64,000 nt of DNA from Eledone cirrhosa (GCA_964016885.1 OZ024742.1:176018001-176082000); one strand, 5' to 3'. Positions 40,147 to 54,063 are shown, counted from the stretch's first letter. Notes: generated by a model not told the origin, from the sequence alone. A program made the numbers and translations.

Positions 40147-40254
40147 TTGTATTTTATCTGATGAAAGCGTACCAATGTTGTCTTGGTTGCCCTTTAAATA
40201 TATATAATAAAATAAATATGGTTTTATAAATATAGTTTCCATTTATTTAATATC
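40147..40254 (+). ncRNA. Degenerate hammerhead and pLTR end of a PLE related to the 15-19 kb element
   Basis: TTGTATTTTAT-CTGATGA-stem II-TAAA(G>T)-TATATATA-ATAAAATA, then AAATATGGTTTTATAAATATAGTTTCCATTTATTTAATATC identical to 19211-19251, ending at (TA)n. Confidence 0.75.
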
Positions 40255-40317
<63 letters not shown>

Positions 40318-40944
40318 ATGTATATATGTATATGTATGTATATATTGCAACTATATTTGGTTATATGTTCATAATAAATGAACTACTATATTATTGACGG
40401 AAATCTGCACAAAATATTAGACCACCTACTGATGAAAGAAATTGGTTTGAAGATCTAAGTTAAGTTAGTCAGACGGACGTAATAATAAGAAATATGGAAA
40501 CGATAATAATAATGGTATTTTGTCTTGGTCATGATTGAGAGATAGTTATAAATATATAAAATATATATCAACAAAGAAAAACTACATAACTCAAAGTATG
40601 GATGGATAAAAGGAATACAAAAAATAAAATGAATATTAGCAAAAACAAATACTATATAAATCAAAGTATGGATGGATAAAAGGAATCTAAAAAGAAAAAA
40701 TGTGTGTAAGAAACAGAGGGAACTAATGGCTAAGAAAATCTATTTTATGTAAACGTCTGAATATTTTCAGCCAGTTCTAAAGTATTTGTCTTGTTGCAAA
40801 GAAGCTTGGAAAACACCATTTATAGTAAACAGCATACAAAAAGAAAAGGAAAGGAAAAAAATAGAACATAAAACAAGTAGAAAGCATGGATGCATGTACA
40901 TGTCTGTGTATGAGAATATATATATATATACATACATACATCTA

Positions 40945-40949
<5 letters not shown>

Positions 40950-41028
<79 letters not shown>

Positions 41029-41137
41029 TATACATATATGTATATATAAATATATACATATATGTATATATAAATATATACATATATGTATATATAAATA
41101 TATACATACATATATGTATATATAAATATATACATAC

Positions 41138-41170
<33 letters not shown>

Positions 41171-41190
41171 TATACACACACACACATATA
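40950..41190. repeat. (CT)n-(TA)n followed by a 22-bp AT-rich minisatellite
   Basis: TATATAAATATATACATATATG-type units repeated. Confidence 0.9.
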
Positions 41191-41669
41191 TAATGTAAAG
41201 CAGAAGTATTAATGAAATATGTTGTTTGATTGTATATTACACATCCTACAACAATCTTTTGATGTATTTCCACACATTTTGTCAAGGGTTTGTGATATGA
41301 AGGGCATTCAACCATAGAGATCAATAAAATATGCTCAGTTAACTCTGTGCAGCGCACACTACAACAAAGGTGGCTAGTTTCCATTGTTACTCTGTGTAAA
41401 AAACATTGAATTGGACTGATTGTCCTGTTGTCTCTCTAATTTTTTTTACCGTTTTTTTACGTCTGTTCTTCCACGCTAGCATGGGTTAGACGGGTTATCC
41501 TGTTGTGGGCAGTGTCCGGTCGGCTGACCTTATCTTGCTCATACGGGAACTGATTCTGGCTTGCTTTCTACAGCTGGATGCCCTTCTCATTTACAGTGAG
41601 TGCTGGGTGCTTTTTTGCCGTGGCATCTCCACGACCACTTTGCAGTGGAATGATAGGGACCCTAGTCCT

Positions 41670-41813
41670 ATCATCTCATTTCTACAGCTGAGTAAACTGG
41701 AGCAATATGGAATAAAGTGTCTTTCTCAAGGAAACAACACATCTCCCGGTCTGAGAATTGAACCCACAACCTTTCGATTGCAAGCCCAATTCTCTAACCA
41801 CTAAGCCATATGC
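41670..41813 (-). mobile_element. tRNA-derived SINE, second family
   Basis: GGCATATGGCTTAGTGGTTAGAG...GGTTCAATTCTC tRNA-like head followed by TTCCTTGAGAAAGACACTTTA...TGCTCCAGTTTACTCAGCTG. Confidence 0.75.
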
Positions 41814-41841
41814 CTATATTAGCTGTGTAAAACAAATATAG

Positions 41842-42082
41842 AATGATGATGGTGATGAAGATGATGAAAATGCAGACGATGACATGATGATGATGGCGGC
41901 GATGACAACGATGACAACGATGATGACAATGATTATAAGGATGATAACGATGATGAAAATGATGACTATGATGATAATGACGGTGATGTTGCTGACAATG
42001 ATGATGGTGATGCTGACAATGATAATGAATATGATGGTGATGGTGGTGACATGATGTTGATGAGAAGAATGATGATGTTGAT
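41842..42082. repeat. Degenerate (GAT)n trinucleotide repeat
   Basis: GAT/GAC/AAT/GGT triplets. Confidence 0.9.
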
Positions 42083-45000
42083 ACAAGTTAATACATATAA
42101 AAAAAAAAAAAGAAAAGTAGAGTGTCCTCAATACTATAAGTAAAATATTTTAATTAAGTTTTCCAGTAAATAACCCCCCAAATTATTATTGCTAGTTTCT
42201 TGTCAATGTTCAGCTAATCACTGTATATCATAATCATCATCATCATCGTCTAATGTCAGTTTTTCTTGTTAGAAATGGTTGGATGTGTTGTTAAAGACTA
42301 GTCAGTATGAAAGCACAGCCACTGTTCTCCAGGAACCTGACATGGGATCCCATGCTTTACCAAGGGCATTTTATTATAACCCCAATACTTTAGAAGCTGC
42401 CGTGTCTTTGACACAGATGAAGAAACTTCCCAACCCATAATTTAGCAGACTTTCTATGACTGGATTTCCTTCCTAAAACCAACCACGTTCCAACATACAT
42501 ACTGTATATATATATATATATAGCTGGATGGATATCTTAACAGTTAAGTGTAAACTGTTTCAATGAAAAGATGGGAAATTATTCCAGGGATTATGTTCCA
42601 ATCTTGCCATCAAATTGGTTTATGCTTGACAATTGGGCATCCTATCTGACACTCTATTTATGTTTGGTAACCAGAGGGTCAATTGTTGTTGCTATTTTTT
42701 TTGTGAAAGACACTGCACATGATTTTCAAATAATTTTGGAAATAAAGAATTTGGAGGGGTTTAGTAATATAACTAAACTTTTCATTATTAAAGTGGTGTC
42801 TAGGATCTAATGTAACAAAAGTTATTATTTAAAATTATGATGGAATTTTTAAAATAAATTGGTTTCTAATTTGAAATGATGATATCCAAACACAGAATCG
42901 CTACAATGATAATAGGCATCGGAAAATAAAAGGCTGTTGGGCACCTATTTTCTGTTTTTAAGGGTATTTTACGCAGTTTTCTAATGCTATTATCATTGTA
43001 GTCATTCTGTGTTTGTATGTTTTAGATTGTAAATCATCCGAACACCTCGATAAATAAGATTTTAAACTGAATAATAGAATCAAGTGAGGTTCTAAGGGGT
43101 TTGGTATTGAAGATGATTAGCCTGTCATGGGGCCCACAAAGTTAAGCCCTACTTTCACAAGGAGACTGTGGTTAACATATGTATTGCATTAATAATTAGT
43201 TTGTTCAGATTGTTGAGAATGTATTTTGGTCACACAGTCTGTGACTTTCTCAATTCAATTATTTCTTGTAACTGATTTTTTTTTTTTTTTCTTGTTTATC
43301 GTCTATGTGTTGCTAAGTGTTATTTTTGATGTCAAGGATGTATGTGATGTGGGTGTGCCTGTGTGTGTCGGTGATGCTAAGTATGAATATGTGCATGTAT
43401 GAGTATGTTGTACTGCTAATGTGTGAATGTGTGTGTGTGTGAGATATTGCTGTGTATGTTTTGCTGTATATCTTTACACACTTATGCTCACATATGTGTG
43501 TGCATATGCATATATATTTGTGTGTGTATGTATATATATGTGTGTGTGTGTGTGTGTATGAATATATATATATGTGTGTGTATGAATATATATATATTTG
43601 TGTATGAATATATATATATTTGTGTATGAATATATATATATTTGTGTATGAATATATATATATTGTGTTCTTGAAAGAAATACCAGACTTTTGTTTTCAT
43701 TTTCATAAGAGATTTCTTCACTCCCAAGATAAAATATCATCAAGAAACTTGAAAGAGGACTGTAGTTCTTTCTTCATGCTTAAAAAGCTACAATTTTTAT
43801 GAGAAAGCTATTACTGTTATTTAATTACTTTCTGTAACAATGACAATAAAAAGCCAATAGCTTACAATATATTCCGATTGTTTCTATAGCTATAACAAAA
43901 GTTTGTTACCTCCTAACATTCCATTATTATGGTGCTTCGTGTATATAATAATATAAATAGGACTTACCGTATATACTACTGAATTACTATATAAGAACAA
44001 AAATGAAATTTATCATTATATCTGCTTTAGAAACTTATAAAATATGATTGTATCATTACATGATTTTTTTTAAAATCTGACTGTTAACCCATCTCTTCAC
44101 AACTACTTCTAACTGAATTTGCCTCTTCTATCTTCTCTTCTCTACAAAGGCCACTTCATATTACAATGTTACGTAAGAGAAAGAGATCTGTATTCAAATC
44201 TATGAAACATAATTACTTCGTATTGCAAATATTTTATTACACTTGGAACGAATTGGCTCTCTGAGGGTTTGCACAATGAATGTTCAAGTTGTTTGATCAA
44301 CAAAACAGCCTGGTTGTAATATTAATGTATAAGTGAGTGAGCCTTCCTCAGATATTTGTACTTTTATTGTAAGTCTGTGGGAGATTCAGCATATCATAGT
44401 GTGTGATTACTGTTACAGTTCATCCAACAGGCATTTAAAATGTTTCTGGCTACCCAATTTCACTCATGAGACATGGATCAACACAACTCTGTGGTAAATG
44501 ACACTTCTGAAGATGCCTTAAAGTGGGATTCAACCCAAGACTTACTTATTGCTAATCCAAATCGTTAACCATTCAGTGATGCTGCCATATTGGCACTAAA
44601 TCATCATCTTTTGAAAACTACACCTATGAGGATTATGACCACTTGTAGTTACAGTTATTTATATTTCTGTGCATGTACATAATTATTTTATCTTGCCATC
44701 CATAATACAACAATGCTATGCCTTCCTTTTTAATCTTTCTTTTTAACCTGTTTCACTTGTAATGAAAATCACTGTATGAACTAAAAATGCTGTTTCCATA
44801 ACATTGTATCATGATTTTGTTTTATATTTGCTTTGGTCCATAAGACATAAAAAGACTTTCAATTTGGTCCCAAAACCTACATTTACTATAAAATACTTCC
44901 TGTAAAATGTACTACTGTAATATCATATATTCATCATCTTTAACATCGATTTGCTCTGCTAGCAAGGCACCTATATTTTATATTAGGACTGAGAGCCCTA

Positions 45001-45358
45001 TCATTAAAACAGGCAAGAAAGTTCACCTGTGATGAAACTTTGTAGAAGACCCACTATGCCTGTATATATGTGAACTGTAACATTAAGATTTTTTATAAAT
45101 AGTTGGTTTTCTTTCATGGAAACATTGGCAAGTTGATATCAAAATGACAGAAATATATTTATCATATACATATATGTTGGCGTTAGGAAGCACATCCTGC
45201 TGTAGAAATCAAGCCCAAATCAGTTCAGAATGAGTAAGACCTAGCATTGCCCACAATGGGACAACTTGTCTAACCTATGCTAGCATGGAAAAATGGATCT
45301 AAATTGGTGATGACAATGATGATGATAATATATATATATGTGTGTGTATATATATATA

Positions 45359-45419
<61 letters not shown>

Positions 45420-45523
45420 ATATATATATATATATATAATCAGTTCCCCCCATCCACCCCCCTTGCAAGCAGGGAAAAAAAGTGGACGTAAAATGAAATG
45501 ATGAAATGATATGTGCGTATATA

Positions 45524-45571
<48 letters not shown>

Positions 45572-46245
45572 TGAAGAGAGAGAGAAACAACTGAAGAGGG
45601 AAATTATTGTCTTATGTTTGTGTTTCCATTACATTTCTAAACACTCTTTATTAGTAACCACCCACCACCTTGTTCCTTTTAATTCTTATTAATTTATTGC
45701 TTTGACCTTTCTTCTATTCTCTTTATCTCGCTTGTTGATTAACTCTTTTCCATCCTTCTTTCTCCCTCTTTCTTTCTCTCCCTTTCTCTCTCTCAATCCC
45801 ACTCACTCATCCTCTTTCTCTCCCACCATCTATCCCTTTTCTCCCACTCTCTCTCTGCCCTCTTACTACTTCTGTTTTCCTTAGTCTCTCCCTCTTTGTA
45901 CCTGTTCTCACTAAGATCAGACGTGTTTCTCTTCGCTCTCTCTCTTGCTGTTAATAAGGTCTCAGGGCTTATACCTGGTTGCCTTTTTAACTTCTTCCTC
46001 TCTCTCCTCCTGATTACTGCTACATACATGTTGTTGTCTTGTGTTCACCCCTCTCTATCAGTATGTTTTCTGTTTTTTTCTTTCTGTTTATTTCTTTCTC
46101 TTTGCTATCGTCTTCTTTTGTCTTTTCTTTCCGTAATAACTTCCTGGAGTTATTGATGTACTGTGGATAGATGTATTGTCTTTCTAAACACTCTTTATTA
46201 GTAACCACACAGCACCTTGTTCCTTATAATTGTTGCATTAAATAT

Positions 46246-46352
46246 AAAAATATGGAACACTTCATGAATTTGTGTGTCATCCTTTTGCAGGGACCATAAT
46301 AATCTTCTCTGTATTGTTCCAATTTTAGAATATGTACTGCCGTAGCTAGTAT
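46246..46352 (-). pseudogene. U6: Full-length U6 snRNA pseudogene
   Basis: Minus strand ATACTAGCTACGGCAGTACATATTCTAAAATTGGAACAATACAGAGAAGATTATTATGGTCCCTGCAAAAGGATGACACACAAATTCATGAAGTGTTCCATATTTTT (107 nt); ACAGAGA box intact, AGC triad mutated. Confidence 0.93.
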
Positions 46353-46440
46353 ATAATCTAAAGTTGGAATGGTACAGAGAAGATTAGCATAGCCACAGTG
46401 CATGGATGACATGAAAACTCGTGAAGCGTTCCATATTTTT
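46348..46440 (+). pseudogene. U6: U6 snRNA pseudogene, inverted copy
   Basis: CTAAAGTTGGAATGGTACAGAGAAGATTAGCATAGCCACAGTGCATGGATGACATGAAAACTCGTGAAGCGTTCCATATTTTT. Confidence 0.93.
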
Positions 46441-46673
46441 ATACTGAATGCAACAATTATAAAATGATTTATTCTCTCAGATTAAAGAAAAGAATAAGCT
46501 TTAAATATACTGTGCATTTTCACCTTCACATTTTAACTATATACATGTATATATATATATATACACACACACACACGCATATACACTATTTGATATAAAT
46601 TTAGTCAAAATTTATATTGTCATTAATGATATATTTGGAAAAAAGACATAGAAATTAACTTGCTGTATTTAGT

Positions 46674-46940
46674 TAAATAATTGTTTCTACTTTTGGCACA
46701 AGGCCAGCTATTAACCCAATGTATTACTGGTACTTTGTTTTATCGACCCCGTAAGGATGAAAGGCAAAGTTAACCTTGGCGAGATTTGAACTCAGAATGG
46801 CATAAATAATTGTTTCTACTTTTGGCACGAGACCAGCAATTACCCAGTGCATTACTAGTACTTTATTTTATCGACCCCCATTAAGGATGAAAGGTAAAGT
46901 TTGCCTCGGTGGGATTTGATCTCAGAATGGCATAAATAAT
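46674..46940 (-). mobile_element. Tandem dimer of an identically 5'-truncated SINE (~130-bp unit)
   Basis: Both units end at CTCAGAATGGCATAAATAAT on the plus strand. Confidence 0.85.
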
Positions 46941-48111
46941 GCTTTCAAATTACTGGGATGATAAAATATGTATCAGTCAGGTTGTTAATCTTGGTGGGTT
47001 GGCATTAAACATGTCAACTCTTTTGATACTAAGCTACCTGAAACTACCCTTGTTCTATGATACTAAGCTATATAATATAAATAAAGTGTTTTTATTTATA
47101 TACAATATTTATGTAGAAACCTGCCATCATAATTTTCTGTAAGTCTCTTTGTTAAGCTATAATTATAATTAATACCAGATGAATAATGAAGCTTACTAAA
47201 TCCTTTCTCATTCGTTATTATTTTCAAACTTATTTGGAAAGAATAGGCAATGTCTTCATTACAAATACAGTAATCAAAGGGCTAATTTTGTGCTAAAATA
47301 TTTATGGTAGTAGCATCGAATATGTAATTAAATTAAAAGGTGAGAAAATACAATAGTTATGTTTGTGTTAACATATTTAATGTAATCATCATCATTTGAT
47401 ATCTGTTATTCAATGGTGGCATAGAATGCACATCAAAATATATAGTCAGAAAGAACTAAATTATTAAATTATACAGTGAATGACTTCTAAAGACGATTTA
47501 AATTTAGTAAACATACCCTAGAGGAAAGAACAGAATTTTAAGCAGCTGATATTTTGGTTGTTGTCATGTTAGCTAGTTCTGATCAAATTTATGATACTAT
47601 TCAGAGTCATGTTGACTGTTGACCTAGTGTGCTAGAGAGGACCCATCTATAAGTACAAGCACTTAAGCACCAAAAATATATTTGGTGAGAGACCAAAAAC
47701 TGCCATGGATAATATCTCTAGTTTTGGTGTAATGAGGAAACACATTCAGTACACCTTGTAAAGTTATTGATGAATAGACCAAAACAACACAGAATAGGAA
47801 AGACCTTTTGATCGTATTAAAGATTAAATAACCTCAATAGCATTGGTGCAATGATAAAATGACCCACCCCTAATCACTTTGTAAAAGTGATTGGCAATCA
47901 AATAGAGACAATATAGAATAGAAAAGACTCTCCAGTATTGCTGAGTTGAGGACAACCTTTCTAGTAGTGCTGCTATGATAAAATGTACTCAGTGTATGCT
48001 TTAAAGTGGCTACAGTTAGGAAAGGAATCCAACTGTAGAAACTATGCTAAAATATGGAAGATATGAGAAAGATGTGGTTATCTGACACATCTAATTACAG
48101 GCCATAACAAT

Positions 48112-49199
48112 TCACCCAACACATGATAGCAAGGAACATGGACTTAAAACGATGATGATGATAATGGGGCATATATAATTAAGAGCTGAAACAAACTCTT
48201 GAAGAAAAACTGAGTTTCTTATTTCCCATTGTGGAAAATGTTCTCCTTTCAACAATCTGAAATGCAAGATTCTGTTTTTATTCAAGAAATTCAAACTTCT
48301 AACTAAATTGATATCAACTATTTTTTTCCCCCGATTCAAAACACAGATGCTCACAACACCATCCCTTCTCCCACAGAAAAGTCCCAACACAGGATCCTCA
48401 ACCATGTTAGAGTTGCCAGATTAACAAATTGTCACCATCCAGTGGCTGAAGGAGTTAGCAGCAATGTCTTTCTTTAAGCCTTTACCATATTTCTATATCC
48501 ACTCTACACCAGAACATGCATTGAGTTGTCTGCCCAGTCTCCAAAATGTGGATATATCATAAACGATGATAGGAGTCGTCCTGGTTGACTTGGCTTTGAA
48601 CCAGTCATGTGGTTTTGATGTCTTCTTTATCAATGTTGTCAGTGCTGACATGTAGTATAAAGTGTTTCATAAAATTTTCCATTTCTGTGTACCAATGGTA
48701 TTTCCAGGTTCCAAGATGATGTGTTTGCCATTAATGTTTTCTTTTCATTTTTTTCAACTTCTCAATGAACATGTTATGTAGAAATAGGTGTTAGATGATT
48801 TGTTGTTGAAACCAGATTTGACTTACTGTTCAGGGTCCTTGGCCATCAGTAAAAGAAAGGAATTACCTTTCGATGAAAGGCTGCTGACAAGGTGAATCAT
48901 TATACCTGACTGAAGAGGGAGAATGGAGGCTCAGTAACAACATTAGAATTATTAAAGTTCATGCTGTTTTGACAGGTTGAGGGGGATGGAAGTAGCTGGC
49001 CTGGAATCACATCAGACTCATTTATTGTCATACAGTTTTGATACATTGAGTTGGATGGAAATAATTGACCCGAAATCACAACAACATACTTATTTAATGT
49101 GATGTTCTTTTGACAGTTTGATGTCAGCAGAATCATCTGGCATGGTGTCACAGCACCAAATTCATGTAATTGTGTACTGCTGTGTAGGAGTTTCATCAC
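48112..49199 (-). pseudogene. Unidentified decayed coding sequence
   Basis: One frame runs ~48740 to 48112 with only three internal stops; the upstream ORF 48900-49199 has ~23-aa repeats. Confidence 0.45.
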
Positions 49200-50275
49200 C
49201 TACATTGGTGAGTAACTCCGAGTAGCTCTGGTGTAAACAATGGAATGGCCAAAACACCTACAGAATTGCTGCATCACTCAATGAGACATCAACTCATGCA
49301 TTTGGGGATGGTATACTTTCAGCACATAAGTGTGTTTACCCTAAATATTTGGCTTGTAATAATATGGATTCTTGCATTATCATTAATTGATTGGATGTTT
49401 TAGAGACATCTATATTAACAAGATTATTCTTTGTCATAAATAATAATTTCTTAAAAACAAAAACATGACACCTAAAGATAGTTCTTAGCCAAAAACAAAA
49501 CAAAGAATTAAAAAATACTAAGCAGTTATTTTCTGTTATTTTTTAATTTTCATTTCCCCACACTCATAATTTCAGTACGATCAGTGCAAATAGCTCATTC
49601 TCCTTAACCACAGAATCTCTTCAAAAAGCCATTAGGCATATATTAAAAGCTTGTATAAGGATATGTGACGCCACAAATGCTATAGCTTCTTCTCTTATGT
49701 CTAATATGATGAGTGGGTGGTTTTTTTGTGAGTGACTGGGTGGGTCTATGATTCTCAAGTTGCCCATGGTACTTGGTACTTTCTTTTGGTAGATTGTATC
49801 TAAAACAAATATATTCCTAACACTTTCTACCTTACAAATACAAATATATGCTCTCAAACACATATACACACTCACACATACACACTCACTCACACTAACA
49901 CACACACTCACACAAACACACGTGCTCACACAAACACACACACATACATACATATTTGGCTTTGTTTTCACCAATATGAATTGTTTATGTTAGAGCATAT
50001 GCTGAATTGTTTGGGTGTTTATGGTGCAGGTGGAGTTTTGAGGGGGCTGGCGGTGTTGAGGGTGGTGGAGTAATTAATATTTGATATCTTTATTTTGAAT
50101 ATCATATAAATAGGTTCTTACATTTATATCATATGTGTGTGTGTTCATAGTGATGGCTTACTTTGAAGTTTCATGGAAAATACTGGCTATTCAAAACTGC
50201 TTTGAAAATAAAAATAATATATCATGTAAGCACAGAAAAGTGGATGTAAAATGATGACTATACATACATACATAC

Positions 50276-50349
<74 letters not shown>

Positions 50350-53300
50350 GATATATATATATAATATATTTTCTATTCTATGTGTTATCATGTATGTGTG
50401 TATATATATACAGCCAACGGCAGGACAAGCAAGGAAGATGTTTTTTGATACTAAAACCCTAGTGAGAAAATTTGTTCCGAAATTATTGGAAGTGTTCAAC
50501 GAACCTACAGTTCCAGAATCAGACAGATCCATACAAGGATCGTGTCTCGAGCTGTCTGCCGGCAAAACAATTGTAACACACAATAAATTGAGCCCCGATG
50601 CATCACTGATTTTTCGTTTTATATTATATAGAATAGAAAATATGAACAAAAGAACATTTGTGTCTATTTATAAATTGTTACATGTTATATTATATTTGTA
50701 AGTTAGATTTTACATCAATATAATTTCTATTTAAACTTAACTTTGTTTAATAAAAAATACTGTTCAAATATATTATAATATTCAGCACTGTTTAAGGAAT
50801 TGATGTTTAAATTACTGTTAAATGTTTTATGAGTGTATTTCTAATCAAATACACTCTATTTCAGTTCAGTTATGAAGAATTTTGAAATTATAAGTTTATC
50901 ACTAAGACAGTAATTTAATATAAGATTCATATATAAAATTGTGTTGGAAGATTTTGATTTAAATAAAAATCCTTTAAAACAAATGTTTTATTTTCATAGA
51001 ACCACAACTGGTTTTGGTCAACTTGATATTAACTTGCTATATAGCTTTTGTTAATTTTGCTTGAAGAACTTAATATCATGTACCACATGGAACCACATTC
51101 TTGAAAAGTATAAAACTGCACTATGATTGTATCACATTAAAAATTGAAGTCTTCAATCAAATACTACAAGTGTTTACTGTAATCTGTCCTCTAATGAAGA
51201 TACTATAAACTTATGTATTAACAAACCTGTTTTTAGCTATTTTCTGTTACATCATTGTACCTAAAGCACTGTATCATATAAAAACTCATTTGCAAGACAT
51301 TCTTGAAAAGTATAAAACAGCATGATAACTGCATTACATTAAAAAGTAAAGAATCTGCATTAGTTTTTTGCAGATTGTCACAGTAATCTGTCCATTAGTA
51401 ATGATACTATAAACATTTGGAATAAGAGAGTTTTTCAATATGTTATACTAAATCATGACAGGATATTAAGAGTTATATACTGATTAAACATTTGGGAGCA
51501 CCTAAAACACCTTGCATGGATCCTGGATATATTGAGGTTTGCTCTTTCAAGTACTAAACCAGTACTTCCCAAACAAATTCTTTACTTACTTAAAATAAAT
51601 ACAACTATGCTGGCACACTTCATTCCAAAATTTCAAATTCTATTCAAAAGAGGTATTTATACATTTTAATATAGATTAAAGCAGGTATAAAGATCATTTA
51701 AAATAAAAGAATGTCATTGAAAATACCAGAATATCATTTCAAAATGCTCCAATCAACTTTTACACACTCTATCTATACAGTCAACACTTACACACTGTCT
51801 ATCTATCTATATAAATAAAGAAAGATATCTATCTATATATACTTTATCTATATAGTCGAAATATGCACACTGTCTATCTATCTCTATATATTGTGCATGT
51901 CATCTCTATATATTGTGCCTGTATATACATATAGAGAGTCAATGTCTATACTCCATGTTTATCTATCTATACATTAAGTCAACAATTACCAAATGTGTCT
52001 ATATATACACACAAATCTATATGTGTCGTTCAAGTGCACTTTAGAAATAAATATATTTTGGTACATTTTATACCTAAATTTGTAAATTTATTCCGAAGAG
52101 CTATTCATACATATTAGCATAGCAAAAAGCAGAAATATAGATAATTTAAAATACAGAAAAATGATTTTTACTTCCTTATTAAATTTTTACTTCCTTATTA
52201 AGTTATCAACATGCTTGGCAAAGTTTAATGTTTAAATTCTTAATTTCATTGTTTCCCACTTTGATAGTTTTACATGAATATTTTACACAATTCAATATGT
52301 ATGTTTCAGTACTCTTTTGTGGTACACCTAATTACATCTTGTAGTGCGCCATTGTACTGAAGCATATGGTTTGGAAAGCACTGTTCTACACATTCTGACA
52401 TGCAGCATTTCACAGTCTGTACAGACAGCTCATGTGTGATTTATGATTTTTCTGGAGTTCTTTCTATTCAAAGCAGAGACTGATAACACATAGTTAGAAT
52501 ACAAGTCATGATCCCTTTGGAGTTATGGGATTTTACAGATGTTGCTGCTTAGCACCAGTCACCCCAGAGTTGTTCTTTCATTAACCTATTTCTATTAAGA
52601 CTGCATATAATTTTCAAATTATTTTGAAAATAATTAAGAATTTAGGAAGGATTTAGTAATCTAACAATTTTCTCATTATGAAGCTGGTGTTTGGAACACA
52701 TCTTAAACAAAAGGTTCTTACATAAAATTAAGTTGAAACGCTTTTAAATGAATATAAACTCGTTAAAATAAACAAATTCATATTATAGAACCAGGATTGG
52801 TTTCAGACAGTTTGGCATTAAAATCTACCATCATCACCTCCAATTATTTTAGGCCATTTTTTTCCTGCTGAGCATTATTGAGTCCTTTTTCAGGCAATGT
52901 TTTATGGCACCATCCCTATTAGTCAACGCTTACAACATGCAGTGATATAGTGTAACTATTCTAGACTAGTTACAGAGTTTGTTTACAACAGTCATGAGAA
53001 AAAGTGTTTTTAGAATAAATGTTGTAATCTTATTATTCCAATGTAATGATAGACTATATAGCTGTTTTGTGGCTACTTGGGTGTATAATGTGTTGGAATG
53101 TATCTGACAGCATTCTTCATGTTACCAATACATCAACAGCTAAAAGTCAAAGTAAATAAAGTTAATCTGTAATGACCATTGTACCTAATAAATATTGATT
53201 AAGTCTTCTTGTGGTGCATCTTCGAGAATTTCCTGTGTATATTCAGCTATGTTAGATTTTTTTAATCAATATACACTAAATATTTGTGTACATTCAGTTT

Positions 53301-53867
53301 CTTTTGGGACAATCCTATATGATAGTATCATACATAGATTTGATATGATAACATATCTCATTGTATTTTCTATCTTAACAAAAATATAGAAGGAAAAAGT
53401 AGCTTAACTACTTTGTATAAGATTCTTTGAAAATTCTCCATACAAAACTGATAGACAGAGTAAATTCTAAAAACCTATTTAATGTCAGATGCAAACAAAA
53501 CCAGATATCTTAAAATGTTGACAAGCTATTTCTTTATGCACTGTTTGGTTTTATATGCTCTTGTGTAACGTGTAAGTTAGAGTGATAGGAGTTGTTGCGT
53601 AGGAATATTTTCTTTGGAAATATTCTTGGAAACCAGTTTTGAAACTAGATTTGCTACAGTCTTTATCTTCGCTATTTACATGTTTATATCTATTATGTAT
53701 GTATGTACGTACGTATGTGTGTGTGTGTGTGTGTATGTGTGTGTGGATGTATGTGGGTATGTGTGCGTGCACGTATGTGTGTGTGTGTGCATGTATGTGT
53801 GTATGCATATATGTATATATGTATAAGTGTATAATTATATATGTATATATATATATGTGTATAAGTA

Positions 53868-53910
<43 letters not shown>

Positions 53911-54063
53911 GTATGTATATATATTAAAGAGTTAAACAAGATTCAATGAGTACATCAAAGAATAAGTTTTACAGTAGATTGGAAGCACTCTACAGTAAAA
54001 ATATTTTCCAGAGGTATTAATATTAAAATACAAATATTAATAAAATAGATGTTCTTTTGATCA

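Noticed and set aside
40428-40455. CTGATGA as another hammerhead core
   Set aside because: No stem II followed by GAAA and no flanking stems
41740-41813. Possible tRNA gene
   Set aside because: Acceptor stem does not pair and the sequence continues into a SINE body
48300-48405. VLGLFCG as a SAM-binding methyltransferase motif
   Set aside because: Lacks the acidic residue and GxG of motif I, and no catalytic DPPY/NPPY motif was seen
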